Below, in pieces: positions 60,598-64,000 of a DNA stretch of 64,000 nt. The translations under genes and the position numbers were made by a program. The stretch's first letter is position 1, and every line of letters begins with the position of its first letter. A model generated the notes under the pieces. That model was not told where the DNA came from. It ran no database searches and worked only from the letters and a program-made list of their open reading frames with translations. The stretch is from positions 50,076-114,075 of the forward strand of contig JBJOKS010000020.1 of NCBI GenBank assembly GCA_046045965.1, written 5' to 3'. This DNA is from Cyanobacteriota bacterium (GTDB lineage Bacteria > Cyanobacteriota > Cyanobacteriia > Cyanobacteriales > Nostocaceae).

Positions 60598-61527
60598 TTA
60601 GAGAATTGGCACTACTGAAGGCAAAGAATTATAAAAAATTTCCTCAGATACCACCTGGAAGTCATTACCCACCCAAACAAGAGAAGCTTTTGTTACCACA
60701 CCCTCCTCTAACTCAACCAGGGAAAAATTCCGCAGTTTTACCCCATTTTCTGCCACAATTCGGGGTACATTCGCTGCATTTAAATAAATAGTTCCCTCTG
60801 GACTTCTAAATATAGCTTTTCTTAACACCTTCTTAGTATGGCGCAAATTCCGGTGCATATGCCCAAAAGCCACCAGAGAAACCGTTTTGTTCATATTGAT
60901 ACTTTGAGAAATCGCTGCTGCTAAGTCAGGATCACCAAAGTCACCACCGATAGGATGCCAATCTTTACCACAGGGGTCTTCAGGGCGATCGCCTAACCCT
61001 GTCGGTCCATTATGACCCAAAAAAATAATATTCTCACAAGCTGCACTTTTCACCGCTTGCACGATTTTCTCTGCTGACTCTTCCATACTGCTGACACCAT
61101 AACGTTGTTTACAGATATCAGCAAATCTCCATTCTGGTCCACCCCAGGTAAAAGGACGACCACCCACTACAGTTAAATTCCAATCTGGAAAATCCAATTT
61201 ACCATAACCGACTTGGGCAGATCCTAATAAATCTAGTTGTTCCTGTACCCAGTCTTCCTTAGTGCGGTCATAAGGACACTTTTTCCGTCCCCATTCAGTC
61301 GCAGTGTACCATGCGTCGTGGTTGCCCATTACCGCTGCTTTGGGAATATCCAGGGAAGCGATCGCTCTCACCACCTCCACCGACTCATTCCCGAAATCTC
61401 CGACAAACAGCACCAAGTCAACATCCAGATGTTTGAGTGCTATACCATCTTCTACTTCCCATTGGTCGTGAACATCGCCAATTACAGCAATTTTCAGGGT
61501 TATTGATTGATTTTTCTGACTTGTCAT
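60598..61527 (-). CDS. devT: DevT/TIGR04168-family metallophosphoesterase
   Basis: GDVHD, GDFGNE, GNHD, HNGP, FGHMH; divergent from nadA. Confidence 0.82.
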   Translation of the reverse strand: MTSQKNQSITLKIAVIGDVHDQWEVEDGIALKHLDVDLVLFVGDFGNESVEVVRAIASLDIPKAAVMGNHDAWYTATEWGRKKCPYDRTKEDWVQEQLDLLGSAQVGYGKLDFPDWNLTVVGGRPFTWGGPEWRFADICKQRYGVSSMEESAEKIVQAVKSAACENIIFLGHNGPTGLGDRPEDPCGKDWHPIGGDFGDPDLAAAISQSINMNKTVSLVAFGHMHRNLRHTKKVLRKAIFRSPEGTIYLNAANVPRIVAENGVKLRNFSLVELEEGVVTKASLVWVGNDFQVVSEEIFYNSLPSVVPIL

Positions 61528-61678
61528 GCCACTTTAAAAAGCCGTATATCTCCAGGATATGAAACTCTACTGGATTTGGACATAAATTGCCCACATCAAC
61601 CGTCTACTATTTTTGGTAAAAACTACTATAATTGAATCCACAAGGTAATATAATTTTACAAACAAGCAGTTCTTAATT

Positions 61679-62641
61679 GTGTTTACAACTACACTTGCTC
61701 GACCACAGGGTACACTACCACTAGATTTATTTGCTGCCATTGAGGATCTGAAAACAGAACTCAACGCGGTAATATTAGCCCATTACTATCAAGATCCCGA
61801 TATCCAGGATATTGCAGATTTTATTGGCGATTCTTTACAATTAGCAAGAGCAGCAGCACAAACAAATGCAGATGTGATTGTATTTGCTGGTGTTCACTTC
61901 ATGGCAGAAACAGCAAAAATCCTCAATCCTGATAAATTGGTGTTGTTACCAGATTTAAATGCTGGTTGTTCTTTAGCTGATAGTTGTCCCCCAGATCAGT
62001 TTGCAGCTTTTAAAGCCGCACACCCAGATCATCTGGTAATTTCTTACATTAATTGCTCTGCCGAAATCAAGGCCATGAGCGATATTATCTGCACCAGTTC
62101 CAACGCTGTCAAGATTGTCCAGCAAATACCCAAAGAACAACAGATTATTTTTGCACCAGATCGGAATTTGGGACGGTATGTAATGGAACAAACAGGACGG
62201 GATATGCTGTTATGGCAAGGTAGCTGTATTGTCCATGAGACATTTTCCGAAAAGAAAATAGTTGAGTTAAAAACTACACATCCAGAAGCAGAAGCGATCG
62301 CTCACCCAGAATGTGAAACCAGCGTTTTACGTCACGCCAGTTATATCGGCTCTACAGCGGCTTTATTAAATTATTGTCAAAAAAGCCCTAGCCAGGAGTT
62401 TATCGTGGCTACAGAGCCAGGAATCATCCACCAGATGCAAAAATTAGCACCGGGTAAACACTTTATTCCTGCCCCTCCTGAGAATAACTGCAATTGTAAC
62501 GAATGTCCGTTTATGCGGTTAAATACCCTAGAAAAGCTGTATTTAGCCATGAAAAATCGCACCCCCGAAATTACCATGTCAGAGGACATTCGTCTAGCTG
62601 CACTCAAACCCATGCAACGGATGTTAGAAATGAGCGTTTAG
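61679..62641 (+). CDS. nadA: Quinolinate synthase
   Basis: LAHYYQ, GDSL, GVHFMAE, AGCSLA, YINC, HPEC, CPFM. Confidence 0.96.
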   Translation: MFTTTLARPQGTLPLDLFAAIEDLKTELNAVILAHYYQDPDIQDIADFIGDSLQLARAAAQTNADVIVFAGVHFMAETAKILNPDKLVLLPDLNAGCSLADSCPPDQFAAFKAAHPDHLVISYINCSAEIKAMSDIICTSSNAVKIVQQIPKEQQIIFAPDRNLGRYVMEQTGRDMLLWQGSCIVHETFSEKKIVELKTTHPEAEAIAHPECETSVLRHASYIGSTAALLNYCQKSPSQEFIVATEPGIIHQMQKLAPGKHFIPAPPENNCNCNECPFMRLNTLEKLYLAMKNRTPEITMSEDIRLAALKPMQRMLEMSV

Positions 62642-62643
62642 CT

Positions 62644-62772
62644 GTCAGGAGTCAGGAAGCAGAAGGCAGGAGGCAGAAGGCAGAAGGCAGGAGTTCAGGA
62701 TGTAGGGGAAGCTAATAACCCAGTCCTCAGTCCCCAGTCCCCAGTCCCCAGTCCCCAGTCCCCAGTCCCCAG
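62644..62772. repeat. STRR arrays (GGCAGAA/G)n and (CCCCAGT)n
   Basis: Direct reading between convergent genes. Confidence 0.88.
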
Positions 62773-63726
62773 TCACCTGTCACCTATTTTTTCTGCTTCT
62801 TTCTGAGCAGCTTTACTATATTCCCTGTATAACTTAGTGCGAATTTGTGCTTCTTGATAGCGGCTATGACTAAGTGGAACCTGACTCATTAAATCAGAAG
62901 CCCTTTGCCATCTAGCAGCTAATTCCAACCATTGAGTTGCAGTGGTAGCTGTTTTACCAGCAGCAGTGGCCTGGTTAGCAAGTCTTACAGCATCAGCAAA
63001 TTTGTCATGAGATGTATCATTTGCAGGTTGAGCAAGACTGTTTTTAGCAGCAGAAGATGATACTTCTGATTTAACCTCACTTGCTGTTTTCACAGATGGC
63101 GAGATTTGTAATGGTATAAGATTTTTGATGGTATTACCTAAACGTTCATCAAACAACCCAGCCAGGAAAAGCAATGCACACAAACTCACTGACCCAATGA
63201 TCAGCTTGTTGGTTGCACCCTTGTGTTTATCCTTGTTAGTTAGGAAAGATTGAGCTTTAGGTAAAATCGGTTTTCCTAATTCAGTATAAGCCGCTATGAA
63301 ATCTTGAATTAATTGCTGGAAAATACCAGGCTGAGATAGGGTAATTTCCTGTGACCAAAGTAATTGATTTTCGCTGTTGCGGTTAATTTCATCTAACCAC
63401 AGTAATTGCTCTTCCCGCACAATGCGACTGTTGATATTGACTTTGTGTATGTTACGCGGTGCAATGGACTCCAAAATTTGCTGGATGTTCGCTACCAAGG
63501 TAGACTGCTCAAGTTGTTCTACTGTAGCTGCCTCACACAAAATTTGTAACACACCATCAGCAAAAATAGCTCTAGTTCTGACACCAGACATCACGAGTCT
63601 TTCGTTCAAAACCTGAATAATAGCGGCAACACTACCTTGGTGAGCTTGCCAAGCGATATCATTTATCCTATCTACCATTTGAGATTTAGTGATAGCTCTT
63701 GCACCCTGACCTGTTAACTGACTCAT
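62773..63726 (-). CDS. Single-TM hypothetical protein
   Basis: QAHQGSVAAIIQVLN N-terminal domain, TM helix, helical C-terminus. Confidence 0.75.
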   Translation of the reverse strand: MSQLTGQGARAITKSQMVDRINDIAWQAHQGSVAAIIQVLNERLVMSGVRTRAIFADGVLQILCEAATVEQLEQSTLVANIQQILESIAPRNIHKVNINSRIVREEQLLWLDEINRNSENQLLWSQEITLSQPGIFQQLIQDFIAAYTELGKPILPKAQSFLTNKDKHKGATNKLIIGSVSLCALLFLAGLFDERLGNTIKNLIPLQISPSVKTASEVKSEVSSSAAKNSLAQPANDTSHDKFADAVRLANQATAAGKTATTATQWLELAARWQRASDLMSQVPLSHSRYQEAQIRTKLYREYSKAAQKEAEKIGDR

Positions 63727-63852
63727 TAATTTAGGACTCTATTCTGACGAACTTCACTTAGTCTAAAATTGTATGGGTAAAGAGAATAAGTTGCCAGCTA
63801 AAAATACAACCCTACATTAAAAATAACTATCACATCTGGAGCCAAATAAAAC

Positions 63853-63890
63853 AAAAACCCCCTCTCAGTATACCAAGAGAGGAGGCTTTT
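63853..63890 (-). terminator. Probable rho-independent terminator of the rRNA operon
   Basis: CCTCTC/GAGAGG stem followed on the minus strand by a U-rich tract, just past the 5S 3' end. Confidence 0.6.
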
Positions 63891-63904
63891 GGATTGAATA
63901 TAAA

Positions 63905-64000
63905 ACCTGGCATCGAGCTATTGTGACGTGGGGCAACCCCCAGACTATCGTCGCCGCAGCAGCGTTTCACCTCTGAGTTCGGGAAGGGATCAGTGTGGTT
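63905..64000 (-). rRNA. rrf: 5S rRNA (3' portion; continues past the window edge)
   Basis: Reverse complement AACCACACTGATCCCTTCCCGAACTCAGAGGTGAAACG...GATAGTC...GCCAGG. Confidence 0.95.

Overview
Chromosomal segment of a filamentous, most likely heterocyst-forming cyanobacterium (Nostocales). Evidence: frequent HIP1 octamers (GCGATCGC), 7-mer STRR arrays in most intergenic gaps, and cyanobacterial genes such as argZ/agrE, devT, ycf23, COP23, Uma2 and DUF29. The housekeeping backbone comprises tandem amidases, argZ, rbp, rnd, an SSS transporter, ubiD, dnaK/hspA, a carotenoid oxygenase, murT/gatD, thiD, upp, yggT, DegT, an ABC exporter, tRNA-Ser(UGA), devT, nadA and the 3' part of a 5S rRNA. 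Accessory loci interrupt it: (i) a Schlafen/AlbA_2 gene convergent with a PARIS-like ATPase+TOPRIM pair; (ii) an 826-aa vWA protein with a large unassigned C-terminal region, preceded by a near-consensus sigma70 promoter overlapped by a LexA-like palindrome, next to a kinase, a YHGT-type ADP-ribosyltransferase-like gene and a chimeric-antitoxin/PemK pair; (iii) a Zn-ribbon plus tandem winged-helix-like gene pair downstream of hspA-dnaK; (iv) an ATPase plus PD-(D/E)xK pair at the tRNA-Ser 3' end; (v) unannotated gene relics (C5-methyltransferase, alkaline phosphatase, AAA_35, globin, bestrophin) and a 24-nt element inserted in frame into a HIP1 site. All family calls come from motif recognition by eye; no database searches were run.
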